Assembly (NCBI RefSeq): GCF_006345805.1
Contig: NC_043006.1
Location: 69,254,001 to 69,318,000, forward strand
DNA: 64,000 nt
Direction of reading: 5' to 3'
From: Octopus sinensis
Taxonomy: Eukaryota
Each line of letters starts with the position of its first letter. Positions within the stretch are counted from its first letter, which is position 1. The notes under the pieces were generated by a model that did no database searches, was not told the DNA's origin, and saw nothing but the letters and a program-made list of their open reading frames with translations. The position numbers and the translations under genes were made by a program. This document shows, piece after piece, positions 62,877 through 64,000 of this stretch.

Positions 62877-63040
62877 TAGGTGCAGGAGTAGCTGTGTGGT
62901 AAGAAGCTTACTTCCCAACCACATGGTTCGGGTTTCAGTCCCACTAAATGGCACCATGAGCAAATGTCTTCTACTATAGTTTCGGGCCAACCAAAGCCTT
63001 GTGAGTGGATTTGGTAGACGGAAACTGAAAGAAGCTTGTC

Positions 63041-63111
<71 letters not shown>

Positions 63112-63355
63112 AGTGTGTGCGTGTGCTTGTATGTATTTGTGTGGCTCTGTTTGTCCCCCCTCCCACCATCGCTTGGCAACCGATGTTGGTGTATTTACGT
63201 GCCCGTAACTTATCGGTTCGGCACAAGAGACCGTTCGAATAAGTACTAGGCTTACAAAGAATATGTTTTGGAGTCAATTTGTTCGAGTAAAGGCGGTGCT
63301 CCAGCTTGGCCACAGTCAAATGACTGAACCAAATGAAAGAATAAAAGAATAAAAG
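62877..63355 (+). mobile_element. Family A SINE
   Basis: Consensus match with an (AAAAGAAT)n end. Confidence 0.88.
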
Positions 63356-63912
63356 AATGCATGGTTTTATTCGTCAGCTTCGAATCTAGTTGTTCGAGAA
63401 TCGTTGGCTAAGAATTCGCGAAGCTTCCGAAGAACTAGGCATACCGTTTAATCATCGCCTTTTAAATTTACTTGTCTCTGCTATTAAACTTCGGCCATGC
63501 CGGAGCAACGCCTTGAAGGGCTTTGTCTTAATCGACTCTAGCAGTCACCTTTTTTTGTTAAAGTCTAGCACTTATTGTATCGGGGTCTTTTGCTGAACGT
63601 CTAGGTTAGTGGGACGTTAACAAACTAACTACCGTTGTCAAGCGGTAGTCACCTCCCCTCACATATGTGTGTGTGTATGTATGTATATGTATGTACGTAT
63701 ATATATGTGTGTGTGTGTGTGAGTGGGTATTATATGTATGTGTGTTGGTGTGTGTGTGTGTGTGTATGTGTATCGACGAATGGGAACGTGAAACTCTGAG
63801 TAACAGCTTTTGTGATGTCTTTGCAGCTTTATTAATAAAGCATATTACTCTACCTCCGGTATTCGAGTACTCTTTTTTCCCACCTTGTTTCACATTTATG
63901 TGCTTACTCCGG

Positions 63913-63913
<1 letters not shown>

Positions 63914-64000
<87 letters not shown>
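63914..64000. repeat. (TCTA)n microsatellite running to the window end; other (TCTA)n tracts at 30085-30215, 40452-40515, 53055-53098 and 61000-61075
   Basis: Direct reading. Confidence 0.95.

Overview
Eukaryotic, AT-rich, repeat-saturated genomic DNA with one 100-N scaffold gap. The SINE families, Dong/R4, Tx1 and RTE LINE remnants, Penelope-type fragments and extreme microsatellite load suggest a coleoid cephalopod, probably Octopus (inference, no database check). I recognise no intact host protein-coding gene, rRNA, genuine tRNA or CRISPR array. Almost all of the ORF track is translated microsatellite (poly-YI, CV, HT, I, D/H) or decayed transposon ORF. The window looks intergenic or deep-intronic. 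Well supported: four tRNA-derived SINE families (my labels A-D), Dong/R4 LINE remnants sitting in (TAA)n, two RTE 3' ends, a CR1-type 3' end, three Tx1/L1 remnants, a DD37D Tc1/mariner pseudogene, hAT and Tc1/mariner MITEs, two Helitron-type elements and several long fold-back repeats. Most interesting: (1) several sequence-unrelated minimal type I hammerhead-ribozyme motifs, the best near-intact inside a fold-back at 12547-12660; (2) head-to-tail SINE multimers sharing one fixed junction at three loci; (3) a LINE/SINE shared 3' stem-loop with a compensatory base pair; (4) small unique islands carrying CTCF-, RFX-, YY1- and ETS-like motifs and an exact 10-bp-period array. Repeat boundaries were read by eye and are approximate unless TSD/TIR coordinates are quoted.
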